Origin: a virus
DNA: 64,000 nt
Virus record (IMG/VR): IMGVR_UViG_3300025728_000008
Span: 1 to 64,000 of that record
Reading direction: 5' to 3' (one strand)
The position numbers and the translations under genes were made by a program. Below, one piece after another: positions 11,732-22,034 of the stretch. The notes under the pieces are model-generated. The model worked only from the letters and a program-made list of their open reading frames with translations, was not told the origin of the DNA and made no database searches. The stretch's first letter is position 1. Each line of letters begins with the position of its first letter.

Positions 11732-13258
11732 TTAAGATTTATCTTTTGGCACTGTACACCATCCAATTTCAGAGAATGTATTAGTATGGAAATGTGGTTC
11801 GATTACTAATACTGGTAATCCTGTATCATTCGCTTGACCAAAACGATTCTTAGGGAAAAACATAAGGTAATAAGTCTTTCCTTCTTCAAGTTTAAATTCA
11901 ACTTTTTCATATTTCCCACTTGGCATTTTCTTTAATCTCCAACATTTTAATTCATGTTTACCATCCTCAAGTTCACTTGACCAAACTGGACGAAACATCA
12001 TAACAACAGATGCTTCATTTTTTGATGCTTTCCCTTCTCCAATAGCTTCATAATCTAAGTATCTATTTCTAATTGCATTATCCGCTAACTGGAATGTGAC
12101 AAGTGTTCTGAGGTTCATACCCCCTGCATTTTTACGTGTAAGACGATAAATAGTCTTCATGTCCTCTGTAAATGTGACCCATCGAGTATCATGGTCTGAT
12201 TCCTCTGAAACCTTATGTGTATCAATCACCAAATTGTGATATCCTCTATTTGCCCAGAATCTAACAATCTTTTCAAGGTCTTTTATTACATATTTTTCCA
12301 TAAAGATTACCTTGATTAAAGCTTCTTCTCCATTTAACATTTCTTTCATTGTTGCAAATGCTGTTCTGATTTTATTTTTATCTTCTTCATTTAATTGTCC
12401 ATTAAGCATTTTCTTTCTGTCTAATACCATCTTATGCTCTGTCCATAGAATTGTTAAAACAATTTTCTGACGGAATGCTTGAGCATCTTCTTCATTAAGT
12501 ACAACTATTGCCTTTTCACCGTTCTTAATACAAGACATGACAACTTTTTCAGCAGTAATTGATGATTTCCCTGTTCCTCCGAAACCACCTAGCATCGCCA
12601 CGTGACCACGTGCAAGACCACTTGTAACACTATTCATTAGCACTCCATTATAGAATGGTAACATTTCTGCTGAATCTTCTTCTAATTTTCTAATAAATTC
12701 ATCTGCATCAATATATAAATCTTCTGCTTCATATCTGTTGACATTTCCTAATGAAATCTGATTCACTTTATCGTTCCAGAAAATAGATAATTGTTCTCGT
12801 GTCATTTTTTCAAAATCATAATTACCACTCTTTAAGAATACTTTATCACCAAATAGCAACCATAGTTGTCTTAGAGTGTAATTGCGTTTAATTGTTTCAT
12901 AGTAATATTCAATGTTATCTGCATTCTCTTTTACAATTTCAATTGCATCTTCAATAGTATTCATACCACCTAATGCATCAAACTCTTCTTCTACGTTCCA
13001 TTCTTTGACTTTAGTATGTACTGTAATCGTATCGAATGTTTTAATACCTTCATCATACATTCGTCTTCCTAACTCAAAATAGAAGCCCCATTGGTCATGT
13101 ACAAATTCATCTTGAGATAATCCATCATTATATTCTGCGTAATTAGTAAAAGGGTCTCCCCATAGTAACCCTGCAAAGTATGCTTCGTTAATCTCTGCCC
13201 CTTTATTAATCTTCTCTACAATCTTTTCAATCTCATCTTTAGTATTGACTTTTGCCAT
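11732..13258 (-). CDS. DnaB-like replicative helicase (SPbeta YorI-like)
   Basis: Walker A GGFGGTGKS, LNEE, Walker B LVIDT, TFQL and KNRFG. Confidence 0.9.
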   Translation of the reverse strand: MAKVNTKDEIEKIVEKINKGAEINEAYFAGLLWGDPFTNYAEYNDGLSQDEFVHDQWGFYFELGRRMYDEGIKTFDTITVHTKVKEWNVEEEFDALGGMNTIEDAIEIVKENADNIEYYYETIKRNYTLRQLWLLFGDKVFLKSGNYDFEKMTREQLSIFWNDKVNQISLGNVNRYEAEDLYIDADEFIRKLEEDSAEMLPFYNGVLMNSVTSGLARGHVAMLGGFGGTGKSSITAEKVVMSCIKNGEKAIVVLNEEDAQAFRQKIVLTILWTEHKMVLDRKKMLNGQLNEEDKNKIRTAFATMKEMLNGEEALIKVIFMEKYVIKDLEKIVRFWANRGYHNLVIDTHKVSEESDHDTRWVTFTEDMKTIYRLTRKNAGGMNLRTLVTFQLADNAIRNRYLDYEAIGEGKASKNEASVVMMFRPVWSSELEDGKHELKCWRLKKMPSGKYEKVEFKLEEGKTYYLMFFPKNRFGQANDTGLPVLVIEPHFHTNTFSEIGWCTVPKDKS

Positions 13259-13276
13259 TCTATCATTCTCCCTTTA

Positions 13277-13876
13277 TCAATCTAAGAAAGCGGAAATATC
13301 ATTCTTGCGTGTTGGTTTCTTGTAATTTGAAACATGTTCTTCTTGTACTTCCATTTGTTCTAATTGCTTTTGTGCAATAATATCAGCTCTCTTACGGTTT
13401 TTAACTCGTTGCTCTACAAAATAAATCTTATCAATAATAATTGACAAGGCATACTTGAATGCTTGCATAAATCCATTAAATCCTTTTGTTCCATTATAAT
13501 ATTCAATTGTTTCACTACAGTAATCAAAAGTTTCCTCAATTAACAGATAATCATAACCCTCTTTATATCGTTTTGTTACATCTTGCTTCCCATAAACTGG
13601 CTCACCATTTCTCAATTTCTGTAAGAATGGATAAGCTTGTGGTGGCACTGTACTTACACCATAAATCTTTTTCAGTGTCTCTACTAGTTTGTCAAGCTTT
13701 ACAGCTTCTTCGGCTTTAAACTCTTTTTCTTGTTGATGTTCTGCAAAACAATGTTTGTGATAGAATTTTCGTAGAGGTCTCTTGTCTCCTACTATCTCAA
13801 ACTCCATATCTTCTACGTTTGTATCTTCAATTTTACATCGCTGACACTTTCTTGTACGTTTAGCCAATATGACCAA
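13277..13876 (-). CDS. Zn-finger replication protein (YorH-like, possible helicase loader)
   Basis: CQRC...HKHC; directly upstream of the helicase. Confidence 0.55.
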   Translation of the reverse strand: MVILAKRTRKCQRCKIEDTNVEDMEFEIVGDKRPLRKFYHKHCFAEHQQEKEFKAEEAVKLDKLVETLKKIYGVSTVPPQAYPFLQKLRNGEPVYGKQDVTKRYKEGYDYLLIEETFDYCSETIEYYNGTKGFNGFMQAFKYALSIIIDKIYFVEQRVKNRKRADIIAQKQLEQMEVQEEHVSNYKKPTRKNDISAFLD

Positions 13877-13946
13877 CTCCCTTCGATATCAATATATCAT
13901 TATCTTTTGTTATTGTCAAGGATTATTTTGAAAAATAAAGACCACT

Positions 13947-14537
13947 CTATTGAGCAGTCTTTATAATGTTTGCAACTTTTGCTTCTACTTCTTCTGGTGA
14001 TAAATTGTCTGTAATAATCGTGTGTAAACGAATAGTACCATTACCAACATATTTCATATAAAAGTCATGAAAGACTCTCTCATAACCTTCTTGCTGTAAC
14101 AATGATTGTCTTGCATTTTCTTCTGCTTTTCCAAACGATACTTTATCTCTAATTAAACGTTGTTGTAAGATTTCTTCATCTTCTACTTTCAAGAATACGA
14201 TATCAATATCTAATCCAATTTGAGATAATATGAATAGTTCTTTTGAAAGAAAATTATATCGCTCTGTAAAGTCATAATCTTTATATAACTGTGAGTATAC
14301 TTGTTCAGAAAAGAAAAATCTATCACAAATCAATTGAATATCTTCCTTACAGAATCCATGTAAAGTACTAATCCAGTTAATGTAGTATCTATATACTTTT
14401 TTCATTCCTTCATAGCCATCATCATGAAAACCTGTAAAGTTAATCAATGTCATTTCTGAAATCTTATCACGCATTTTTCGTGCCACTGTAGACTTACCAG
14501 AGCCACGTGTACCTTCAATAATTGTTATGTGTGCCAT
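13947..14537 (-). CDS. dNMP/thymidylate kinase-like P-loop kinase
   Basis: IIEGTRGSGKST and ICDRFFFSEQVY. Confidence 0.8.
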   Translation of the reverse strand: MAHITIIEGTRGSGKSTVARKMRDKISEMTLINFTGFHDDGYEGMKKVYRYYINWISTLHGFCKEDIQLICDRFFFSEQVYSQLYKDYDFTERYNFLSKELFILSQIGLDIDIVFLKVEDEEILQQRLIRDKVSFGKAEENARQSLLQQEGYERVFHDFYMKYVGNGTIRLHTIITDNLSPEEVEAKVANIIKTAQ

Positions 14538-14548
14538 AAAACCTCTCC

Positions 14549-15262
14549 CTAATTTAAAATAGTCACATTAACATTCCTACGACCCCAATTATCAGTGAGG
14601 TTACTGTTAGCCATTAATATATCAATCCTATTACCTTGAATAGCACTTCCTGTATCTAAAGCAATATATGTACCTAATCCTTCAATCTCTACAATTGAAT
14701 TTAACGGTATAACATCTGGGTCTGTTGCAATGATTCCCATACCATTGTAAGTGATGCTACTAGAGATATCTAAACCTGTTCTAGTAACAACCTTTCCACC
14801 ATATGTACCGTTTTCTGACGGATGATTTGTATATGCTGTTGCTTCAACTGTAATTGTTCTACCATTCTTTTGTTCTACATTATTTGTCTTTTTCACATCA
14901 CTTCCTTTCTTCTGTTTTTTAAAATTTAATTCTTTCTCCAACTCTGAAATCTTAGACTCATAATTCTTAATCTGCGAATTTTGTTCTTCAATCTTCTTAG
15001 TTTGGTCAGTAATCTGTTGTTCCTGTTTCTTTGTTGTCTCTTCTGACTGTACAAACTTCTTTTCGATATCCTTCATTTTTAATTCGATATCGTTAATACG
15101 GGTATTCTTATCAGCATTGTCTACATTTAATTTATTGATAATTTTCTTATTATCACTGATTTCCGCATTCTTTCTGTCAATTGTGTTGTAAGAATAAGCA
15201 CCAACGCCTATTGTCAACATTAAACTGACTGTCATCACTCCACTTATCATAATTTTTTTCAT
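14549..15262 (-). CDS. exported 3D-domain (lytic transglycosylase-like) protein
   Basis: N-terminal hydrophobic helix, coiled coil, then VEATAY...ATDPDVIPL...DTGSAIQGNRIDI. Confidence 0.85.
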   Translation of the reverse strand: MKKIMISGVMTVSLMLTIGVGAYSYNTIDRKNAEISDNKKIINKLNVDNADKNTRINDIELKMKDIEKKFVQSEETTKKQEQQITDQTKKIEEQNSQIKNYESKISELEKELNFKKQKKGSDVKKTNNVEQKNGRTITVEATAYTNHPSENGTYGGKVVTRTGLDISSSITYNGMGIIATDPDVIPLNSIVEIEGLGTYIALDTGSAIQGNRIDILMANSNLTDNWGRRNVNVTILN

Positions 15263-15290
15263 TTCATCGCTCCTAGTTTAGCCTTATTAT

Positions 15291-15332
15291 GAGATGTGGT
15301 AGGCTGAATATCTCAACCTACCACATTATCTC
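15291..15332 (-). terminator. intrinsic terminator-like hairpin after the AAA ATPase
   Basis: atgtggtagg...cctaccacat stem. Confidence 0.55.
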
Positions 15333-15341
15333 TTTTATGTA

Positions 15342-16553
15342 TTAAGCTAGTTCTTTAACAAATTCTAATACTTCTTGTAAATCTTCTAAGTTGTTTGATT
15401 TTTTATAATCAATTGCACCTGTTACTTTTTTAAATTGACCTGCACATTTCTTTTTGTCTGCTAATGCCATATCTGTCAATAGTTCTCCAATCTCTGCTTT
15501 TACAGCTTCAATTGCTTCTGCAACATCTTCATCAGTTGTTGATTCTACTGCTGATTTCTCAGCTTCCGCTTCTTGTTCAACCTGTACTTTTTCTGCTTCT
15601 TTTTCTTTCTTAGTTTTCTTTACAGGTTTTTCTTCTACTACTGGTTCTGTTTCTGTTTCTTCTTCAACTTCCTCTTTTGGTTCTACAACTTTCTTAGGTA
15701 ATTTCTTACCAGATGATGCTTCAACAGCTTCTTTGAATGCTTTTAGGAAGTCAGCAGGTTCGTTACTAGTTGATGCAGGGAAGTGTTTGAATCGGCAACC
15801 TGCAAGGAAATTACCATCACTACGGAATCGTAACATGCGTTCCTCTTTTGGCTTACCATCTTCACCTTCTGTTGTCATTAAGTCAGCGTAAATAATGAAA
15901 TCTGATTCACGCTCAATGATGTCAGATACTTTACCCATAACATTTAATCCTGTGTAATCGTACTCATAACCATCTTTATTTTTAATCTTACGTGTTTTTT
16001 CGTGACCAATTACTAATACGCCATATCCTGCCTTTTTAAGACGGTCAATTTGCTCATAGATAGCTTCACCAACCATTGTATATCCATCACCCCAAGGGAT
16101 GTTAGCAATTGTTTTATAACGTTTTGCAGGGTTATCTTGACGGTTCGCTTGACGAATAACATGTTTTGTAGCATAACGTTCTAATGCTGTGATTGTGTCA
16201 ATGATAATAAACTTGAAATCTACTTCACTTCTATTTTCGATTAACTCGTCTACAACTTCAATGAATCCACGTTCTTCATTGTCTGTCTTTTTAGCTTTTA
16301 CTTCTTCATCATCATCGTCTTCATTTTCTGCCCATTCAAAACCAGTGATAGGAATCGCAATTACACCATTCATAGTCTTATAACCAATCTCTGTACCTAG
16401 TAATAATGCATTCTCTAAACTACCGAAATGTTCTTCAACAACTTCAACTGCCCATGTTGTCTTACCGAATTTAGATTTTCCTAACATTGTCATGAAATAT
16501 CCTTCTAATTTAGCTTCTGGTTTGTTGGCTTTTAATTTCTTTAAAAATGACAT
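15342..16553 (-). CDS. AAA_24/Sak4-like ATPase (SPbeta YorG-like)
   Basis: GKSKFGKTT, IIIDTIT and VIGHEK; acidic low-complexity C-terminal linker. Confidence 0.8.
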   Translation of the reverse strand: MSFLKKLKANKPEAKLEGYFMTMLGKSKFGKTTWAVEVVEEHFGSLENALLLGTEIGYKTMNGVIAIPITGFEWAENEDDDDEEVKAKKTDNEERGFIEVVDELIENRSEVDFKFIIIDTITALERYATKHVIRQANRQDNPAKRYKTIANIPWGDGYTMVGEAIYEQIDRLKKAGYGVLVIGHEKTRKIKNKDGYEYDYTGLNVMGKVSDIIERESDFIIYADLMTTEGEDGKPKEERMLRFRSDGNFLAGCRFKHFPASTSNEPADFLKAFKEAVEASSGKKLPKKVVEPKEEVEEETETEPVVEEKPVKKTKKEKEAEKVQVEQEAEAEKSAVESTTDEDVAEAIEAVKAEIGELLTDMALADKKKCAGQFKKVTGAIDYKKSNNLEDLQEVLEFVKELA

Positions 16554-16683
16554 ATTATAATTTCCCCTTTTTCTCTCAATTTATGAGAGAAGGGGGCTTT
16601 CTTCTCTAAGTTATTGCCCCTATGTTCTTAATGTTTCAGTTTAATATTTTAATATATTGTTATTTTTTACGTTTATGTATATC

Positions 16684-17862
16684 TTAGAATGGTAAATCGT
16701 CCTCATCAATACCTTCTAATGGATTTTCCTCTTCTTCTTTCTTTTTAGCAAATGGATTTGCTGTCTTAGATTTCTTACCACCTAAACCACTAGCTTTCTT
16801 AGATGATGTATCTTCTTCTTGAATTAATTCTTGGTTAGGGAAATCATCCTCATCATATACTCCATCCTGCCAATCTACTACACCTTGAATCTGTAAACCA
16901 CTTTCAAATCGTGTTCCAGTATATTTTTCAGCATGTTTCGGTTGTGCTTTACCACCCAACCCACTTAGAAGATTCTTCTTACGTTTATCTTCTTTTTGTT
17001 CTTCTTCTGATTTTTCGTTTGTTGTGATAATACGGTTCACTGCATAGCCCCAAACAGTTAAAACATCACCAAATTTAACTTCTTTAGCTAACCCTGTTGC
17101 TAATTCTTTAAGTTCTGCATCTTCATTACCCTCTGAATCTTTGTAAACAACTTCAAACTGTTTGTCATACCATTTCTTACGGAAGTCAATAACACGACCT
17201 GTAACGATTGTTTTCTTTTCTTTTTTAATATGTTCTGCATCAATGAATACAAATTCTTGTGAGAAGTAATTCATTTCCTCTGCATCTTCTTTTGTTAAAT
17301 CTTCTTCTCGGACAACGTGTACTTTCTTAATTGTCCATTGTACTTGTTCAATCCATTCTTTTGCTTGGTTCTGGAATTTATTGTATCGAATTTCACCTTC
17401 GATTTTTAATAAGTCACCATTTTCAACATTTTCTGATAGAATATCAGCTAACTGATAATCTGGTACACCATGACTAATAACCTTACCATCTTCACCAAAT
17501 TCAAGACCTACACGTGCTTGAGGTGCTGTATATCCTTCTGCACGATACTCATCAGCACTTTCTAACCATTCTTCGTAAGGGATACGTAATCCTTTAAATT
17601 CTGCATCTTCTTTTTTCTTTTCACTATTCCATAAGAAAACTTCTGTTGGCTCGTAAGCATACATTTGTACTTGTAACGTATTTGTTTCAGATGTTCTGAT
17701 ACCAAATTTCATTTTACGGAATAATCGTCCTTCATTTTGACCGCTTTTTGCTTCATCTTCTACAAAGAATCCATCCTTATCTGCGTTAGTTACCTTTCCG
17801 ATAAACTTAAATTCCGATTTGTTTTGTTTTAACTCTGTGCGCTCTTTTTTATTACGTGCCAT
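16684..17862 (-). CDS. single-stranded DNA-binding protein-like (YorF-like)
   Basis: beta-rich body with acidic tail ending DEDDLPF; upstream of the AAA ATPase. Confidence 0.7.
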   Translation of the reverse strand: MARNKKERTELKQNKSEFKFIGKVTNADKDGFFVEDEAKSGQNEGRLFRKMKFGIRTSETNTLQVQMYAYEPTEVFLWNSEKKKEDAEFKGLRIPYEEWLESADEYRAEGYTAPQARVGLEFGEDGKVISHGVPDYQLADILSENVENGDLLKIEGEIRYNKFQNQAKEWIEQVQWTIKKVHVVREEDLTKEDAEEMNYFSQEFVFIDAEHIKKEKKTIVTGRVIDFRKKWYDKQFEVVYKDSEGNEDAELKELATGLAKEVKFGDVLTVWGYAVNRIITTNEKSEEEQKEDKRKKNLLSGLGGKAQPKHAEKYTGTRFESGLQIQGVVDWQDGVYDEDDFPNQELIQEEDTSSKKASGLGGKKSKTANPFAKKKEEEENPLEGIDEDDLPF

Positions 17863-17976
17863 TATTAATTTCCCCCAATATGTAATTATTTTTGATTTTT
17901 ATGGTGAAGGAAAAGTTATGTCTTTTCCTTACTAACAATACTTAGTATATCATATATTTTTGCGCTTGTCAACTAA

Positions 17977-18354
17977 TTATAGTACATACCGCAAAATATT
18001 TTTGTTTGGATTTTTTTGGAATCCGTTATAAATAGTTTCAAGCTCTACATCTTGATTGTGCAATTTGCATCCAATAAGGACGATTTGTTCTGTGTCAAAC
18101 GCTTGCAAGAAAGTTTTCTCAAAAGCATGACGGATTCCATAAGTGTAACACATTTTTCTAAACATGTCAAATGATACGTTAGATTTTTTTATTTTCTCTT
18201 CTCTGTAATCTAGAAGGTCATCGGATACATTCTTGTTTCTACCTAAATGGGTTATGTAAAACGAATGGCAATCGCCAAACGTCTGAAACAATACTCGTGA
18301 ATCCTCTGGCAAATTATGTGTTTCTATAAACTCTGTGATGGATGTATTTACCAT
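17977..18354 (-). CDS. hypothetical protein
   Basis: ORF with SD GGGAGAGGGG. Confidence 0.65.
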   Translation of the reverse strand: MVNTSITEFIETHNLPEDSRVLFQTFGDCHSFYITHLGRNKNVSDDLLDYREEKIKKSNVSFDMFRKMCYTYGIRHAFEKTFLQAFDTEQIVLIGCKLHNQDVELETIYNGFQKNPNKNILRYVL

Positions 18355-18466
18355 TTAAAAACCCCTCTCCCAATAACATTATTTAATTGTCAATTAGTAT
18401 CGTATCATGTTTGACCATTCTTGTCTAGTATGATTTATGTGAAACCACTAAATTTTCTGATAGCTA

Positions 18467-18787
18467 TCACCTCCCTTTATTACGGATGTCTTTGTTCTTC
18501 ATTTTTTGTCGCTGATTAAGTTCAGCATCAACATCAACATCAATTAATTCAAATATCTGATTATAATTTACTTTTAACAATTCACATAATGCATAAGCAT
18601 ACAGAAATTTCCAACTGTTACGATTAGAAAGAATATTCATGAATCCCTTGTATGAAATCTGGAGACCAAACTCTTTACAAATTTTGTCATGGAGTTCTGT
18701 ATAGTCCATCTTTTGTGAGTCTAAAATGGCATCCAGTTTTGTCTTATTTAATTTGATGTCTTTTTTGTGAATCAAAAATGTACGCAT
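18467..18787 (-). CDS. XRE-like HTH transcriptional regulator
   Basis: AYALCELLKVNYNQIFEL resembles the XRE C-terminal helix; directly downstream of the YopR-like gene. Confidence 0.55.
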   Translation of the reverse strand: MRTFLIHKKDIKLNKTKLDAILDSQKMDYTELHDKICKEFGLQISYKGFMNILSNRNSWKFLYAYALCELLKVNYNQIFELIDVDVDAELNQRQKMKNKDIRNKGR

Positions 18788-18805
18788 ACTTTGCTCCTTT
18801 AAAAT

Positions 18806-19816
18806 TTATTTTGTGTAAGTTTGACGGATGATATCTAATGTCAAGAATCCTTTTAGATTGTGGTATGACTTCATATTAAATCGGTCTGCAACCACTTTTA
18901 GTTCATCTAAAGTAAGTTCTTCATCATTCATTTGTGATAGTAATTCATTTGCATAATAAACCATACCACTACGTTGTATAAATTTTGCAGTCAAACTTTT
19001 AATGCTTAATGTTTCTTTAATTACATCTAATCTTCTATAAATAACAAATTTGTCAGCAGGTTTATTTATATTGCTTTCATCTTTAACATTTGTTATAGAA
19101 GCTCTAATGACATAATCATTATCAATTAAATTTGTATATCTACCTACGTGTTCATTTTCCTCCATTTGACCATTTTTCTTTTCATATGTCTTTTGGTCAA
19201 TAGCTTCTTGAAGTAGGTCTAATGTGCGCTCATCAACTTCTAGATAACGTTGTGTATACTTTAATGGAAATCCATTATCATCTTCTTTTAATGTGTTAGT
19301 TAAGTGTATTCTACCGTTTGCCCAATCAATGTCAGACTTCTTTAGGTTTCGAATTTCACTCATTTGTTTGCCCCCAACACCGATGAATGATAATCTTAGT
19401 ATAACTGAATCTTGTGCATTCACACATCTGTCTTCATAACGTGCAAGCTGTTTCTCTGTCATATACTGTTCCATATTAGTTAGATACTTTTCAAAGTCAG
19501 TTGGCTTTAAGTCCTTTAAAACGTTATTCTTTACATATCCATGTTCAACACACCAGTTAAGGTAACTAGAGATAATACGACCATATGTTTCAGCAGTGTT
19601 TCTCGTGTTAGCCTTAAATCCGTATAATACTGTTTCCATTTCTTTTAATGAGAAGAAACGAATTTCTTTGTTTAATGATTCCTCGTGTGGTTTAGCATAC
19701 TCGAATATACGTTTATAACTTTTGGCAGTTGACTCGGCAATCTCACCTAAAAACTTCTTCTTTAGATTATCCTTATCAAATAAAGAATTATCATTTATGT
19801 TTGTCATGGCTGTCAT
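18806..19816 (-). CDS. tyrosine-recombinase-fold protein, probably non-catalytic; YopR/MrpR-like master repressor
   Basis: SAM-like N-terminus (STAKSYKRIF...GRIISSYLNWC); box I reads IGVGGKQMSEIRNL (no TGxR Arg) and box II reads KFIQRSG (no HxxRH); start set by SD GGAG. Confidence 0.7.
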   Translation of the reverse strand: MTAMTNINDNSLFDKDNLKKKFLGEIAESTAKSYKRIFEYAKPHEESLNKEIRFFSLKEMETVLYGFKANTRNTAETYGRIISSYLNWCVEHGYVKNNVLKDLKPTDFEKYLTNMEQYMTEKQLARYEDRCVNAQDSVILRLSFIGVGGKQMSEIRNLKKSDIDWANGRIHLTNTLKEDDNGFPLKYTQRYLEVDERTLDLLQEAIDQKTYEKKNGQMEENEHVGRYTNLIDNDYVIRASITNVKDESNINKPADKFVIYRRLDVIKETLSIKSLTAKFIQRSGMVYYANELLSQMNDEELTLDELKVVADRFNMKSYHNLKGFLTLDIIRQTYTK

Positions 19817-19985
19817 AGTGACCACTCCTAACTCTTGATTTTAGTCTTATTATATCCCCTTTTTCTAAACATATACCCTCTTTGTTACACATTTTTATCT
19901 TAACATTGATGTCGAATCATGTCAAAAAATTTAAGGTGGCAAAAGTTGCCTTTATAGAGGATATTTATTGTATGTTCATTTCTGG

Positions 19986-20041
19986 ATAAAAGTGCAGTTT
20001 TATCAAGATATTAAGAGTGTCATTTTATCCTTTATTGACGG
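19986..20041. repeat. composite site upstream of the YopR-like gene
   Basis: ATAAAA-GTGCAG-TTTTAT at 19986-20003, 24 bp, then TCCTTTATTGACGG at 20028-20041. Confidence 0.7.
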
Positions 20042-20101
20042 TACTTTTGATGACCTCTTATTTACTACTTAATTATATCATTAATTTTTTGGGCTGTCAA
20101 C

Positions 20102-20623
20102 TTAATTTTTGTATTTATCTAACCCAGAAGCTCTCATATCAAAAGCTCCTTCTTTCATTAATGTAACACCATATTGCATCTTTTCTTTGTTGTGTTCTTT
20201 GATTCCATCATATACATAGTTGTTACCATTAAAAGCATTTTCGTATCCAGATAACAAAAGTCTATGACCATTTAAAAGGTCAAATGGAATGTCTAATTCT
20301 TTGTAACGCTTCAAAGTGAAATACGAATCTTCAATAACATTATATTCATTTTTTAATTCGTTTCTCCATTGTTCATTGTCAAATAAATTAGGGTTTGCTG
20401 TAGCTCTATCCATAATATCTTTAATGTTATTGAATGCTGTAATGCTTTTCGTATTCACTTCCTTAACAACTGTCATATATTCTTGTGTCAATTGTTCTTC
20501 GGATTTAGTCTCTATCTTTACTGGTTTCTCTACAGGTTTAGCTGTCTCAGAACAACCAACCATTCCTGTAATTAATAATGCCCCAAAAACTAGACTTGCT
20601 AACCTCAGTTTCATGATAATCAT
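20102..20623 (-). CDS. lipoprotein
   Basis: lipobox MVGC. Confidence 0.7.
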   Translation of the reverse strand: MIIMKLRLASLVFGALLITGMVGCSETAKPVEKPVKIETKSEEQLTQEYMTVVKEVNTKSITAFNNIKDIMDRATANPNLFDNEQWRNELKNEYNVIEDSYFTLKRYKELDIPFDLLNGHRLLLSGYENAFNGNNYVYDGIKEHNKEKMQYGVTLMKEGAFDMRASGLDKYKN

Positions 20624-20694
20624 CTCCCCTACATTTTATATTAAATTATATGCTTATAATTTAATTTGATGACTAAAATATGTAGGTTAGGAGA

Positions 20695-21132
20695 TTAAAC
20701 TCCCAACACTTCCATATACTTATCGTAAATCGACCAGTCAAGCGTAGAGTGTCTATCTCTAAAATGATTAATCCAAACTGTAACAATTCTCTTTGTAGTA
20801 AGACTAAATACTACATTTAAGTTATAGCTTCGATTAACCATCGCTTTTGCTCTCAAGATGACTCTCTCTTCATAACGGTCTCTTCTTTCATTGTGTACAA
20901 TTCGATACTCAATGATGACACAATGTTTAATAGTAGAAACAATGTCCTCTTTTGTTGCATTAATCTCTTTAGCTACTAATCTGTCTAATGCATGAGGTGT
21001 AAGTTGCCATTGTTCCTCCCGAACTTCTTTCAATCTTCTTAATAATCCTAATCTTTCATCTTGTGTTAATTGTGAGCCATGTTTCCGCTTTCCAGAATTT
21101 CTTTTCAAATTTGTTAACGAGACATATTTCAT
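20695..21132 (-). CDS. DUF4258-like protein
   Basis: LTPHALDRL...VVFS...RIVTVW pattern. Confidence 0.55.
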   Translation of the reverse strand: MKYVSLTNLKRNSGKRKHGSQLTQDERLGLLRRLKEVREEQWQLTPHALDRLVAKEINATKEDIVSTIKHCVIIEYRIVHNERRDRYEERVILRAKAMVNRSYNLNVVFSLTTKRIVTVWINHFRDRHSTLDWSIYDKYMEVLGV

Positions 21133-21210
21133 AGTGAATCTCCCCTTTTAATGTTCTTACTAATAGTATACGATTAATTTTTGTTTTTGTCAATGAAAAT
21201 TGCAAATATT

Positions 21211-21540
21211 TTAAATAATATTTGCAATTTCTTCTGACAAGTCTATGCTACGAATAATTTTATGGGTAGCCTTCCAGAAATCCACATTCAACTTCTTGGC
21301 TAACTCTTCTGCTTGAATTGTATACTCACGATTCAATTTGCATGATGCTACATTATATTGTACCCTCTGACTATATAAAACTACGACAATACCTTTATAC
21401 TCAACAAGGTGGGAAAATGGCTTATTACCATTCTCCCATTTACCATTTTCAACTACAACTTGAATTATTGCTTTTGATAGTCCTCGCTTTGCCATTCGTT
21501 TTAGTTGGTGTTTAGTGAAGAAAAGAGGTTTATTTATCAT
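21211..21540 (-). CDS. DUF4258-like protein
   Basis: FTKHQLKRMAKRGLSKAIIQVVVENG pattern. Confidence 0.55.
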   Translation of the reverse strand: MINKPLFFTKHQLKRMAKRGLSKAIIQVVVENGKWENGNKPFSHLVEYKGIVVVLYSQRVQYNVASCKLNREYTIQAEELAKKLNVDFWKATHKIIRSIDLSEEIANII

Positions 21541-22034
21541 GTTGTCACAACCCTCTTTCCACGGTCAATCAGTTTTCCTGTACATTGACATGTATGATTA
21601 CGACCATTATTTTTAAGTCTTTTTGTTAATGTGAAAATCTTATTACATTCTTTACACTGATAAATTTGTTTCACATTCATTATAGTATATTTATCAACTG
21701 TTGATTGGCTTACAATTCCTTTCTTTCTTAATTCATTCTCAAAGTGAGAGTCACCGTCACTATGCGGTTCACCCTTCATGAATAATGCATAATGCATTAA
21801 CTCATGTTTAAGGACATTCAATACTATATCTTTTTCATTATTTTGTACAAATTGTTTATTTAAATGCACTGCTACAGGTTCTAATGCTTTCTTTTTATAA
21901 ATAAACCATCCCAATGTTGTTCTCAATCTCCCATTCAACTTCAATGGTACTACTAATTTCAAACCATAGTTATCTAGCAACCAACTTTCAGCATATCTAC
22001 GTAATTGCAATTCCGTCATTGCCATAGACAACAC
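21537..22034 (-). CDS. SprT-like zinc metalloprotease
   Basis: NGRLRTTLG, KHELMHY (HExxH) and C-terminal CKEC...CQC. Confidence 0.85.
   Translation of the reverse strand: MLSMAMTELQLRRYAESWLLDNYGLKLVVPLKLNGRLRTTLGWFIYKKKALEPVAVHLNKQFVQNNEKDIVLNVLKHELMHYALFMKGEPHSDGDSHFENELRKKGIVSQSTVDKYTIMNVKQIYQCKECNKIFTLTKRLKNNGRNHTCQCTGKLIDRGKRVVTT

Noticed and set aside
18806-19825. Active prophage integrase
   Set aside because: The catalytic box I Arg and HxxRH motifs are not recognisable; it fits a YopR/MrpR-like repressor better.
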